The position numbers and the translations under genes were made by a program. From Kiritimatiellia bacterium (GTDB taxonomy: Bacteria; Verrucomicrobiota; Kiritimatiellia; JAAZAB01): a DNA stretch of 64,000 nt. The DNA is taken from NCBI GenBank assembly GCA_040767085.1, contig JAXGPF010000011.1, positions 161,369 to 225,368 of the forward strand, in the 5' to 3' direction. The notes below the pieces were generated by a model. It was not told where the DNA came from and ran no database searches. It worked only from the letters and a program-made list of their open reading frames with translations. Every line of letters starts with the position of its first letter. Within the stretch, counting starts at the first letter, position 1. This document shows positions 54,074 through 63,425 of this stretch, piece by piece.

Positions 54074-54326
54074 GCTGCCTCCTGTTATTTGCTTTTAACT
54101 GAACCCGGCCGGCGGTCGTTGCGCCTTCCGCCATGCCAACGCCGCTGAAACGCCGCGCTGAACCGGACTTTGGGGCAATTATGCCGTAAACCGTCCGCCA
54201 TGTCAATCTTTGCTTGCGCAGCGCGCGGGCGCCGCGCCCGAACCAGCGGCTTAAAAATCTAGACTTCCTGGTCCGGGGGCGTTAAAGTAAATGGCATTAC
54301 ACGGCAAAAAAGGGAAAATTTCAGGT

Positions 54327-55592
54327 ATGAAAATAATTCGCGTCGGCATTATCGGCATGGGCGGCTTCGCAGGCTCGCATCAGCTCGCGGTAAAACTGCT
54401 GGAGGAAACCGGCGTCTGCCGGCTGGTCTGTTCCTGCGATCCGGATTTGAACAAATTCGCGGATAAAATGTCGGAGTGGGAATACCAGCGCCGCGGAGTC
54501 AAGGTCTTTGACAATCACCTTGCCATGCTGGATGCCTGCGCCGGCGAACTGGACATGGTGGCCATCCCCACGCCCGTGCCGCTGCACGCGCCCATGCATT
54601 GCGCCTGCGTCGGCCGCGGGCTGGCGGTGTACCTTGAAAAACCGCCCACCCTGAATTACCAGGAACTCGACGAAATGCTGGTGGTCGAGCAGCGGGCCGG
54701 CAAATTGACGCAAGTCGGCTTCAATTACATTGCTGAAAACGCCCGCCGCCGGGTTAAACAGCGCGTGGTCGCCGGCGAATTCGGCGCCTTGCGCGAAGTC
54801 GGTTACCGCGGGCTGTGGGCGCGGTCAACCAGTTACTTTGAACGCGCCCGGTGGGCCGGCCGGCTGCTCCTGGACGGCCGGTTGGTGCTGGATTCCGGGA
54901 TGGGGAATGCCATGGCGCACCACGTGCATAATATCCTGTTCTGGGGCGGCTTGCATGACGTCATGGACTGGGGGCAGGTGGAATGGGCGGAGGCGGAACT
55001 TTACCGCGCACACGCGATCCAGGGCATGGATACCGCGTTTGTGCGGGCCGGACTGGCCGGGGGCGTCAGGCTGACAGCGGTGTTGTCGCATGCCTGCTGG
55101 AACAAGGCCGACCGCCAGGAGTGGTTGGTATGCGATAATGCGCGCATCACGTGGACCCCCAGCGAGGGTTACCAGATCGCCTGGAATGACGGCCGCCGCG
55201 AAACAATCCCGCCGGAACCGGTCACACTGAAGGAAAACCTCCGCGCTTATTATGCCTACCTGCGCGGCGAGGAGGCCCGTCCGCTGACACGGCTGGAGGA
55301 TGCGCGCCCGTTTGTGCAGTTATGCGACCTGGTCTATGTCGCCGCCGGCCGGATTAACCAGGTTTCTCCAAAATATGTCCAACGCAAAATCCTGCCGGAG
55401 GAACAGGCTGAATCGCTGCAGATTGACGGGCTATCCCAGGCGGCCGACCGCTTCATTCAAAATGGCGAGTGGCCCAGCCGGCAGGGACTGCCCTGGGCCG
55501 GACCCGGCGGCCAGGCCGCCGTCGGGGAGTTGCCGCGCCTGCGGGCCACGGTGGAGCGGATGGCGGCGGAGGCCGGCGCGGCGGGCGCCTGA
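54327..55592 (+). CDS. Gfo/Idh/MocA oxidoreductase
   Basis: GIIGMGGF, TPVPLH, LEKP motifs. Confidence 0.88.
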   Translation: MKIIRVGIIGMGGFAGSHQLAVKLLEETGVCRLVCSCDPDLNKFADKMSEWEYQRRGVKVFDNHLAMLDACAGELDMVAIPTPVPLHAPMHCACVGRGLAVYLEKPPTLNYQELDEMLVVEQRAGKLTQVGFNYIAENARRRVKQRVVAGEFGALREVGYRGLWARSTSYFERARWAGRLLLDGRLVLDSGMGNAMAHHVHNILFWGGLHDVMDWGQVEWAEAELYRAHAIQGMDTAFVRAGLAGGVRLTAVLSHACWNKADRQEWLVCDNARITWTPSEGYQIAWNDGRRETIPPEPVTLKENLRAYYAYLRGEEARPLTRLEDARPFVQLCDLVYVAAGRINQVSPKYVQRKILPEEQAESLQIDGLSQAADRFIQNGEWPSRQGLPWAGPGGQAAVGELPRLRATVERMAAEAGAAGA

Positions 55593-55612
55593 ACCGTCAC
55601 GGATTCCAAGGA

Positions 55613-55646
55613 CCTGAATAAGATAAAATCCCGTCACGGATTCAGG
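55613..55646. mobile_element. 34-bp mini-MITE with 5-bp TSD AAGGA
   Basis: CCTGAATAAGATAAAATCCCGTCACGGATTCAGG flanked by AAGGA on both sides. Confidence 0.7.
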
Positions 55647-55656
55647 AAGGAGTTAT

Positions 55657-55983
55657 ATGTCCAAAGATCTGGTGCAGGTGCAAACGGCTCTGCCGACCGC
55701 CGCATCGGCGGCGGAAATGGCGCACCGCCTGCTGGCGGCCCGGCTGGCGGCCTGCGTCCAGCAATATCCGATCCAGAGCATGTATCATTGGCAGGGCAAG
55801 CTGGAAAACACGGCGGAAATCGCTTTAACCGCTAAAACCCGCGCCGCCCTGGCGGCGCCGCTGATGGATTTTATCCGGCAACATCATCCCTACCAGGTGC
55901 CGGAAATCCTGGCTCTGCCGGTGCGGGACAGCCTGCCGGCTTACCGGGACTGGGTGTATGCGGAAACCGGAGAAAAGCCATGA
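55657..55983 (+). CDS. cutA: Divalent-cation tolerance protein CutA
   Basis: LAACVQ, SMYHWQG, HPYQVPEI motifs. Confidence 0.92.
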   Translation: MSKDLVQVQTALPTAASAAEMAHRLLAARLAACVQQYPIQSMYHWQGKLENTAEIALTAKTRAALAAPLMDFIRQHHPYQVPEILALPVRDSLPAYRDWVYAETGEKP

Positions 55984-56555
55984 GTTTGCGGGTCAACGGC
56001 GAGGAAATCACGGCGGCGGAATTGGAGGCCGAGTATCGGCGCCTGGAACAGGCTGGCCGCCGCGGCCAGCCCGGCGAGCCTGCGGCAGCGCGCCAGCCGC
56101 AACTCCAGGCGCAGGCGCGCGACTTGGCCATCGGACGCCGGCTGTTGCTGCAGGAAGCCCGCCGCCGGGAGTTGACGGTGACGGATGCGCAACTGGCCGG
56201 CGGGTTGCTCCCCATGATCAACGCCGCTGGCGGCCCGGCCGCCTGGACAGCGCGCGTCCGCAGCGGGCAGATCAATTACCGCGACGTCTGCCGGCAACTG
56301 ACGGAAGCACTGCTGGTGGAGGCGGCAGCGCGGGAGATTACCCGCCCCATCCCGCCGCCGGGGGAGGATGAAATCGCTTTTTATTACGCGCAGCATGCCG
56401 CGGAACTGGGCGGCCGGACTGCCGACGAACCGCCGCCCCTGGCGGCAGTGCGCGGAAAAATCAGCGAGCGGCTGTGGAGCGAGCGCCGCAACCGGGCGCT
56501 GGAGGAATTCGTTGCCCAATTGCGCGACGCCGCCGAAATTGAAACGGACGATTAG
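55980..56555 (+). CDS. SurA/PpiC N-terminal chaperone-like protein without a PPIase domain
   Basis: VNGEEIT, LLLQEARR, EIAFYY, LRDAAEIE motifs. Confidence 0.6.
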   Translation: MSLRVNGEEITAAELEAEYRRLEQAGRRGQPGEPAAARQPQLQAQARDLAIGRRLLLQEARRRELTVTDAQLAGGLLPMINAAGGPAAWTARVRSGQINYRDVCRQLTEALLVEAAAREITRPIPPPGEDEIAFYYAQHAAELGGRTADEPPPLAAVRGKISERLWSERRNRALEEFVAQLRDAAEIETDD

Positions 56556-56561
56556 TTTGTC

Positions 56562-57344
56562 ATGACTAAAACGCATACTACCGACAAACAACTCGCTCGT
56601 GAGGCCGCCTTGGCGGCCGGACGGCAGTTGCGCGTCCAGCGCGCGCGCTGGAATGTGGTCACCGCCGAGTATGCGCACGATGTCAAGCTGCAAGCCGACC
56701 GCGAGGCCGAGGCGCTCATTTTAAGCTTGTTGCGCCGGCATTCGTCTTACCCGATTCTGGCGGAAGAATCCGGGGAAGTGGCGGCCGCCCCCGGTCCGGA
56801 CCAGTTGCGCTGGATCGTGGATCCGCTGGACGGCACCGTGAATTACGCCAGCGGCACGCCCCTGTCGGCGGTGTCCATCGGACTCTGGCGCGGCGCGGCG
56901 CCGCTTTACGGCGTGATTTATGATTTCTGGCGGGAGGAGTTGTTTGAAGGCGGCCCGGACGAGGGCGCGGCGCTGAATGGCCGGCCGATCCGCGTCAGCG
57001 CGGTGGACGATCCCGCCCGGGCCATGTTCGCCACCGGGTCGCCCGGCACTCATGCGGATGATCCCGGGGCGTTGCCGCGCTTCATACGTAATATCGGCAG
57101 TTACCGCAAGGTGCGGATGCTCGGGACGGCGGCGTTGTCGCTGGCCTACGTGGCCTGCGGCAAGATAGATGTTTATGCGGAGCGGATAATGCTCTGGGAT
57201 GCCGCTGCCGGCGCCGCCCTGGTGGCTGGCGCGGGCGGTATCGCAACGGTGCAGCCCTGCTCCGGGGTTCCCTACACCTGCCGGGTCATGGCCGCGGCTT
57301 GCGCGGCCCTGCTGACGCCAATCACCGCATCCGAGCCGGGTTAA
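56562..57344 (+). CDS. Inositol monophosphatase family protein
   Basis: AEE, WIVDPLDGTVNY, WDAAAG motifs. Confidence 0.9.
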   Translation: MTKTHTTDKQLAREAALAAGRQLRVQRARWNVVTAEYAHDVKLQADREAEALILSLLRRHSSYPILAEESGEVAAAPGPDQLRWIVDPLDGTVNYASGTPLSAVSIGLWRGAAPLYGVIYDFWREELFEGGPDEGAALNGRPIRVSAVDDPARAMFATGSPGTHADDPGALPRFIRNIGSYRKVRMLGTAALSLAYVACGKIDVYAERIMLWDAAAGAALVAGAGGIATVQPCSGVPYTCRVMAAACAALLTPITASEPG

Positions 57345-57477
57345 GGGATGCCGCGCCGGCTGGGTTCGCCCAGCGTTGCGCCGCAGCCAGGCGGGCGTCC
57401 GGCCGGTGTTCGGCATTCCCTGCGCGGGTTATGATTGACCTTGCCGACTTAAATCGGTACATTTGATACGCACTTGG

Positions 57478-57569
57478 GGAGAGGTGACCGAGCTGGCCGA
57501 TGGTGCAGCACTGGAAATGCTGTGTACTCCAAAAGGGTACCGTGGGTTCAAATCCCACCCTCTCCGCCA
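57478..57569 (+). tRNA. tRNA-Ser(GGA)
   Basis: Acceptor GGAGAGG/CCTCTCC, anticodon arm CAGCA-CTGGAAA-TGCTG, long variable arm, GTTCAAATC, encoded CCA. Confidence 0.96.
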
Positions 57570-57853
57570 TCCGACCCCGTTTTCCCCTTATTTCCCTATG
57601 GAACAAGGGTTTTCCCAAGGAAAACGAGGGTTCCTCAATCCCACGAATTCCCGCAGTTTCCCGCAGTTTCCCGAATTATTTCACCTAAATTTCACCTAAT
57701 CCCCATTTCGAGGCGAATGGACGTTTGACGGAAAAGCCGCCTCGTCGTCGATGCACAGTTCGGAGGGGGACGTGGATTACGACGCCAAGATCAGGATCTG
57801 GGTCGCCACGGACAACGACCGCGTGGTGCGGTTCCTGCTGGAGGACATCCGGT

Positions 57854-58168
57854 TCAAGTGAGTCCGCTCACGCAGGGTGGGCGGATCTCCTCGCAAACCG
57901 CCTTCGGGAAGGTAAGGCCGCCCTCCAATGTCGGTGCCAGGTCTCTGAGGTCCATGGGCAAACGGAGTCGCTTGGCGGCTTCTACTGCGGTCCTCCGGGC
58001 CTCGTCGTAACTGCTGGTCGACCTCACGATCACGAACTCCACCAGAGCGGTTGCCTCCCTGATGTCCCGGTCAATCTCCGCCTCCGAGGCAAGCGCTCGA
58101 TTGCCAGCCGCCATCGACAGCGCAACCGCGCTGACCGCCGTCAGAATCTGGTGCATACATCGTGTCAT
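57854..58168 (-). CDS. Cassette-borne secreted protein, probably 3'-truncated
   Basis: ATG 8 bp after attC core GTTCGAC; signal-peptide-like N-terminus. Confidence 0.5.
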   Translation of the reverse strand: MTRCMHQILTAVSAVALSMAAGNRALASEAEIDRDIREATALVEFVIVRSTSSYDEARRTAVEAAKRLRLPMDLRDLAPTLEGGLTFPKAVCEEIRPPCVSGLT

Positions 58169-58176
58169 GTTCGTCT

Positions 58177-58252
58177 GTCGAACGCCCGGCCTCTCCGTTT
58201 GCGAACCTGCGTCCGCGCGGGAGAGCAATACGAGAGCAGGCCGTTGTTCGAT
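58177..58252 (-). other. Integron attC site
   Basis: On minus strand ATCGAAC-aacggcctGctct...ggagaggccgggc-GTTCGAC, starting 4 bp after a stop codon. Confidence 0.75.
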
Positions 58253-58256
58253 CTTC

Positions 58257-59039
58257 CTAGTCTTCAACCTGGTCGGGGAGCCGTAACCACTCGATGGCGA
58301 ATTCGGCGCAAACCCTCTGCCACGTCGTCACGCCAAGAAAACTTCGCGCGATTTGCTTCTGATCCGCAACGGTGCGGTGAGGAAGGCTGGTCTTGATTGC
58401 TTCGTCCGCAATCGTGATGCGAGCCTCATTCAGCCAGAAGTCGGGCACAACGGGACTAGTACCGATTCCTTCCACAATGAGAAATCCAACCACACTCCTG
58501 TTGCCTCTTGCCTCCCACGCGCAGTCCAGATGTCTTAGCATTTGGTGACGGCCAGGCATCCATTTTGTCTTTTTCGTGGTGCCTGCCTCAGTACGCTTCC
58601 CCTCTATCACGATGAGTATGTCGGGCGTGCATATGAAGACATCGGGTTGTGTCTCGCCTTCAAACACGTGCCAATCTTCGCCTCCAGGGTTGTTTTCCAG
58701 AAGTGACAATGCTTCGTCGCGGCGACATATCGAACCCTCGATTAGCTCCCTGCGTTTCTGGGCTTTGATCGGATCTGAACTCAGTCTGTTGTCGGACGGC
58801 CACCGAGGATGTGTAATCAGCCACGAGAGCAGAGAAGACGGGGGAGCAAGTTTCTTCTCTTGAACACCCCAGCAGGCTTCTCCAATCGAGAAGTCCAAGC
58901 CAGAGTGCAGCGAAATGGGGTAGCCACCAGTCGGCAGTGAAACCAACTTGGGAATCCATCTGTTGCCGGTCGGATCTGATTTGAGGAGGTCGTCGAAGAC
59001 GGGGACGACGCGTGTCTTGGATGAATCTCGCTTGCCCAT
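58257..59039 (-). CDS. Putative PD-(D/E)XK nuclease-fold protein
   Basis: EGETQPDV...IVIEGKRTE...RHQMLR. Confidence 0.6.
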   Translation of the reverse strand: MGKRDSSKTRVVPVFDDLLKSDPTGNRWIPKLVSLPTGGYPISLHSGLDFSIGEACWGVQEKKLAPPSSLLSWLITHPRWPSDNRLSSDPIKAQKRRELIEGSICRRDEALSLLENNPGGEDWHVFEGETQPDVFICTPDILIVIEGKRTEAGTTKKTKWMPGRHQMLRHLDCAWEARGNRSVVGFLIVEGIGTSPVVPDFWLNEARITIADEAIKTSLPHRTVADQKQIARSFLGVTTWQRVCAEFAIEWLRLPDQVED

Positions 59040-59042
59040 GTT

Positions 59043-59564
59043 CTAGCCAATCAGTTCTTCCGCCTTTTCGACGCAGACGTTGAGGTAGTTCAGGACTTGC
59101 GCGAAGACCGACTTGTTGAAGCCTTCGGAGTAGATCACGGAGTCCATTTGCAATTCAACAGAGCCCGGCTTCTCCTCCAAGGTGAGAACCACGCCCCGCG
59201 TTGCGCAGAACTTCAGCAGTCGGTAGGCGTTGGCCTTCACATTGTCGATGTTGTCCCTCGGCACCGAGACGAGATCGCCGACCCTGAACCCCGGATCGTT
59301 CCAACCCTTGGAGATGTAGCCGACCTCGTGCCGCCCCTGTTTCAGGTCGTAGTACAGTTCAAGCTCATCATTCGCCCGGAAGCCGGACAGTTTCAGGCCG
59401 CATTCCTTGGCGGTCTGCTCGACGATGATCCTGTTCCTGATGTGTGCGGCGCATTGAAGCAGTGCTGTCAAGTCCTCCTCTGCCGATGTCCGGCTTTTTC
59501 GTAGGACCTCGAATATCTGGTTGCGCAGTGGGTTGCCGTCCTCCTCAAATCGTAGTCTGACCAT
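59043..59564 (-). CDS. Hypothetical protein, first gene of a two-gene cassette
   Basis: RBS GAGG after attC core GTTCGAT; stop 3 bp before the next ATG. Confidence 0.65.
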   Translation of the reverse strand: MVRLRFEEDGNPLRNQIFEVLRKSRTSAEEDLTALLQCAAHIRNRIIVEQTAKECGLKLSGFRANDELELYYDLKQGRHEVGYISKGWNDPGFRVGDLVSVPRDNIDNVKANAYRLLKFCATRGVVLTLEEKPGSVELQMDSVIYSEGFNKSVFAQVLNYLNVCVEKAEELIG

Positions 59565-59584
59565 CTTTTCCTCTCTTTCTCTGG

Positions 59585-59654
59585 ATCGAACGCCCGCGTT
59601 CTCCCTTGAGCAACCCGCCACAGGCTGCGAATATGGAGCGACGCGTTGTTTGCA
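59585..59654 (-). other. Integron attC site
   Basis: On minus strand TGCAAAC-aacgcgtcgctcc...ggagaacgcgggc-GTTCGAT, right after a stop codon. Confidence 0.7.
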
Positions 59655-59657
59655 GTT

Positions 59658-61118
59658 TCATTCCTTTTCCGCAGACCGGATTCGTTCTATGGTCGATTCC
59701 TTGAGGCTGTCCGCCCTCTCAGCGACGACTGAAGCGTAGGCTAGAAAGTCAAGATACCGGCAGGGACTACGGTATTCGTCCTTGCCTTCAAACACCTTCA
59801 TGCATGCCGTTGACAGATACTTGGCCGCCAACTGCGGTGATTCGGCAAGGCTGCCGTATCTCAAGCGATCACCCTCGCCAGGCCAAGGGAAAGCAGCATC
59901 CTCCTTCGACCGCAAGGCAACAAGGACCGGCTTCTTCACGTCCTTTCGGTTCAGCATCTTCTTCATGGTCCAGAAGTAGTCCGGGGGTTGGGGGTGACTG
60001 TGCCACCGCTTGTCCCATCTGGCGCATACCCACTCGGCGAAATCACGACCAAGCAAGAAAGACAATCTGAGGAGGAAGTAAATATGGGGGCTCTTCCCCT
60101 CGATACAGAGTTTCGCAATGGTATCTGCCGCGACTTCTACCGGTGCCCTGTGGAGCCAGAATAGAGCGGGCGCATAGAAAGTGTGGATGCCTTCGTCTAG
60201 CAAGAGACCAAAGAGGGCGGTTTCCCCAAGAACGTGTTGCCGTTCGGCATAAATTCGGTAGTATAACGGTTCGCCCAGAAAGAAGCGAGATTGCCCCTTG
60301 GCAAGCAATTTGTTCGCGGCCAGAACGTTGTTGATCTCGTTGAAGAGACCGTCTGACAACTCCTCGTGCAGAAAGATCCCTGATGCCACTGACGCATCGT
60401 GAGTGAGGCGTACGGCGGGGGCCGACGGGTCGTCAGTTAGACGTGTCACACGGAGAGATGTGCCTTTCCCGAGGCCGGCAACTTTCGCTGAAGCCACGGG
60501 TACGGGAACAGGCACTTCGCGAATTCTGCGCAACATATCGGTCCTCAGCATATCCGTGCGCCGCGTAACGATCCGCTGAAATGCCATCGGACTGGCAAGG
60601 TCGGATTTTCCCCCGTACCGATAGTACACAACCCTGTCCGAAATGAGAGGTTGCACGGTTCCATCTGGCAACGTGTCGTTGACTGCCTTGGTCGTTACGT
60701 GGGGCATCAGATCGCTCGGCGGCGTGTGAATGACGGCAAACGATCTGCCGTCGTGCGAAATCTCCGTGTAGTTCAACTGCGGAATCTCCGGGAAGACCAC
60801 TCCGCTGACGAGTTCGGTGATCTTGGATGGGTCAGTGTGGGCCAGCTCATCGGCAGACACGCCCTCCCATTGGCCCCTTGCATTCACCCCGCAGACGACG
60901 AAACCACCATCGGTGTTGGCAAACGATATTATCGCTTTGACGATTCTGTACTTGGTTCTCTTTGTCACGGCTGGGCCGAATGGTAGTGTCTGTTTCCACT
61001 CCAGATGCCTAGTCTCCGACTTGCTGGCGCGGAGCGCCTTCAGTAGGGCATCCTCATGACGGAAAGGGTCCGCCGAGCGCGCAAGGGCACCAAGTGACAT
61101 TGTCTCTGGCTTCTTCAT
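59658..61118 (-). CDS. Schlafen/AlbA_2-domain protein with uncharacterised C-terminus
   Basis: ETRHLEWK...KAIISFANTDGGFVVCGV...YYRYGGKS. Confidence 0.8.
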   Translation of the reverse strand: MKKPETMSLGALARSADPFRHEDALLKALRASKSETRHLEWKQTLPFGPAVTKRTKYRIVKAIISFANTDGGFVVCGVNARGQWEGVSADELAHTDPSKITELVSGVVFPEIPQLNYTEISHDGRSFAVIHTPPSDLMPHVTTKAVNDTLPDGTVQPLISDRVVYYRYGGKSDLASPMAFQRIVTRRTDMLRTDMLRRIREVPVPVPVASAKVAGLGKGTSLRVTRLTDDPSAPAVRLTHDASVASGIFLHEELSDGLFNEINNVLAANKLLAKGQSRFFLGEPLYYRIYAERQHVLGETALFGLLLDEGIHTFYAPALFWLHRAPVEVAADTIAKLCIEGKSPHIYFLLRLSFLLGRDFAEWVCARWDKRWHSHPQPPDYFWTMKKMLNRKDVKKPVLVALRSKEDAAFPWPGEGDRLRYGSLAESPQLAAKYLSTACMKVFEGKDEYRSPCRYLDFLAYASVVAERADSLKESTIERIRSAEKE

Positions 61119-61307
61119 TCGACTACTCTGTCTGCGACCAGTGTTATTGAGCGTACTTCACGACGCAAAATCCCCTTAACAACGTGCAAGTTTACGGGTT
61201 CTTCCCCTTTCTGGCAAGCACTTAAGACAATTGCGTTAAACGTATTTTATGGAATGTAGTGCGCCAGCATGTTGCATGATTTTGACGGCTTGTGGATATA
61301 TTTTGAG

Positions 61308-61400
61308 TTGCCTTCGAAGTCGGCTTTATGCATATCCATGAACTAGGCTTTATACTACTTGTTAGAAGACTTTCTTTCAACTTGGTCCTGTATTTTGGGG
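61308..61400. repeat. ~93-bp direct repeat, copy 1
   Basis: 33-bp identical core TTATGCATATCCATGAACTAGGCTTTATACTAC shared with 62596-62628. Confidence 0.85.
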
Positions 61401-61805
61401 CTCAGGTCTCTTGATCCAGTCAACGAGGCTGGTGCCCTTTTTAGCCTTGAGGCCAGAACGATAGGGTGAGTCCTTTTTCAACCACCTTTTTTTCTTCAAT
61501 CTTTGTACCGCCTTCTTATACAGATCTTCTTGGGGATTGCGAGCTGCCGGCGCTCCAAAACCCGGTGTGTGTGACCAACCCGTGTCGGTCCTATGGTCTG
61601 ATATGGGCGTCCACCATAGCTTTTCACCATCCGGGCAAATCATGCAAGGCCCCTTCCACCCTCGGCTTAAGGGCCCCAAATCCACGCAGTGCTTGTGCAA
61701 GTCACACTTGCAATAGACAGGCACTCGTCCATTGTCACATTCCATCACCCAACCCCGAAAGCACCAACACGTACGACATAGCCTCAAGTGTTTTTCAATG
61801 ACCAT
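61377..61805 (-). CDS. Cys-rich hypothetical cassette protein
   Basis: RBS AAGGA after attC core GTTCGGG; CRTCWC, CKC and CMIC motifs. Confidence 0.55.
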   Translation of the reverse strand: MVIEKHLRLCRTCWCFRGWVMECDNGRVPVYCKCDLHKHCVDLGPLSRGWKGPCMICPDGEKLWWTPISDHRTDTGWSHTPGFGAPAARNPQEDLYKKAVQRLKKKRWLKKDSPYRSGLKAKKGTSLVDWIKRPEPQNTGPS

Positions 61806-61837
61806 TATTTTGTCCTTTTATGTTTGGTTTTCTCCGC

Positions 61838-61923
61838 CCCGAACGTAGTGATAACCCGCGCCCTAGGAGGCGGCGTGAAGGGCCAGCATCGCTCACTGGC
61901 GTCGGGTTGATCACGCGTTGGCA
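61838..61923 (-). other. Integron attC site
   Basis: On minus strand TGCCAAC-gcgtgatCaacccgAcgcc...ggcgcgggttatcactac-GTTCGGG with canonical extra C and A. Confidence 0.85.
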
Positions 61924-61924
61924 C

Positions 61925-62455
61925 TCATATTGATTCCCCTACCGACCAGACCTCCACGTCCTCGCGCGTTTCAAGCCGCGACTGCCGCCCTGGCCCGTAA
62001 CCCGGACACATGAAGAACACGTACTTGTACCGCGCCGCACATAACCCAACTTTAACGATATCTTTCATTAGCTTCTTGTTGTTTGTAGTGTTCACGGCCG
62101 CAAAGACTTCAGCAGCCACACCAACGCCATTGGCTGATTCGATGTCGGTACCAGATATCGTTCCGAGATTAAGAGTAAATGGCGCGAGCTCGGGGTGAAG
62201 CGTTAGCAGCACTTTTGCCGCTTTGGCAGATGCTACGTATGTAAATGTCTGGTTTAGTTGCTCTATCAGGTTCAAAGGTGTCTCAGCATTCAATGGATCG
62301 AACCCGACCTTATCGCTTTTCATCGCCCACAGTGTTCTCAACGCCGTTGCAGTGGGCAGCCTCGAAATCTGTTCCAACGCTTTCTTGGCTGATCGCGTAA
62401 CCGCCTCGACGATCTGATCGGCTTCTTCGACTGTGTGGATTATCCGCTTCTTCAT
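61925..62455 (-). CDS. Hypothetical cassette protein (possible divergent nuclease fold)
   Basis: 176 aa; GTDIES...AAEVFAA; stop abuts attC. Confidence 0.6.
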   Translation of the reverse strand: MKKRIIHTVEEADQIVEAVTRSAKKALEQISRLPTATALRTLWAMKSDKVGFDPLNAETPLNLIEQLNQTFTYVASAKAAKVLLTLHPELAPFTLNLGTISGTDIESANGVGVAAEVFAAVNTTNNKKLMKDIVKVGLCAARYKYVFFMCPGYGPGRQSRLETREDVEVWSVGESI

Positions 62456-62577
62456 GAGTATTATTAAGCCTACTTCGTAAAGGCTGACTGGCCGATTTGG
62501 TTATGTATTTTATAACACCGATGTGCCCCATTGTCAAATGCCCAATCATTTGACTGTCAATTATTTATCCTGCTCGC

Positions 62578-62670
62578 TTGCTTCCGAGGTCGGCGTTATG
62601 CATATCCATGAACTAGGCTTTATACTACCCGCTAGAGGACTCTATTTCAACCTAGTCCAGTTTTTAGGGA
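62578..62670. repeat. ~93-bp direct repeat, copy 2
   Basis: 1270 bp from copy 1. Confidence 0.85.
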
Positions 62671-62675
62671 GAACG

Positions 62676-63425
62676 TCACCCGATCTCTCTGGCGACCGAT
62701 TCCACATATCGGCAGTTCTCGCAGTCCGGCGCCGCCGCCGGCGGCTCCTCCATCATCAGGCAATCCTTAACCTTCACGAGCGTTGGCTCGATCCATCCGT
62801 CGTCGCCGATGTGCTCGACCAGTTCCAACCGGAACGTGAGCCGGCCGTCGAAGGTCGGGGCGTCCATCCTGCCCACGGCATACACGATGAACGACCGCCG
62901 GGACACCCTGAAGCCGTTTCCTCGCAATAAAACCCCGTAGAACTCTAGTTGTCTCTTGTAGGCCTGGCGGTACTTGGCGTCCAGCGTCATCGGCTCGTCC
63001 TTGGCGGAGGCCGTGCCCTTGTAGTCGGCGATGAACAGTTCGCCGTCGGGCGCCGTCCAGACGTCGTCCGGGGCGCCGGACAGTAGGAAGTTGGTGGGCC
63101 GGTGGAGCAGCCTGATCCCCTTGAAGTTGGCCCTCCACGTAGCCAGGTCGGGATGGCTGAACGGTACTGCGTCCAGGCCGTGCTCCTGCATGACAGGGTG
63201 GGGAACCGCCTTCGCCCGGTACTGGTCGAACTCCTTCTTGAGCAGCTCGTCGACCGCGCGGTTGAGCATCATCGCCGGGATGCCCGGCGGCCTGATGCCG
63301 AGTCGGCGGTCCAGCCAGAAGCACCTAGGGCAGCCAAGCCAGCACTCTACCTTGCTTCGTGAAAGGGGAAATGGCTCCTTGCCGGCGGGGTCGAACAAGT
63401 TTCGCTTTCGCTTGGCGGCGGGCAT
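62676..63425 (-). CDS. Solo PD-(D/E)XK nuclease, RecB/Cas4-like
   Basis: LSRSK...CPRC, GAPDD...IADYK, QLEFY, C-terminal CENC; RBS AAGGAGG. Confidence 0.85.
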   Translation of the reverse strand: MPAAKRKRNLFDPAGKEPFPLSRSKVECWLGCPRCFWLDRRLGIRPPGIPAMMLNRAVDELLKKEFDQYRAKAVPHPVMQEHGLDAVPFSHPDLATWRANFKGIRLLHRPTNFLLSGAPDDVWTAPDGELFIADYKGTASAKDEPMTLDAKYRQAYKRQLEFYGVLLRGNGFRVSRRSFIVYAVGRMDAPTFDGRLTFRLELVEHIGDDGWIEPTLVKVKDCLMMEEPPAAAPDCENCRYVESVAREIG

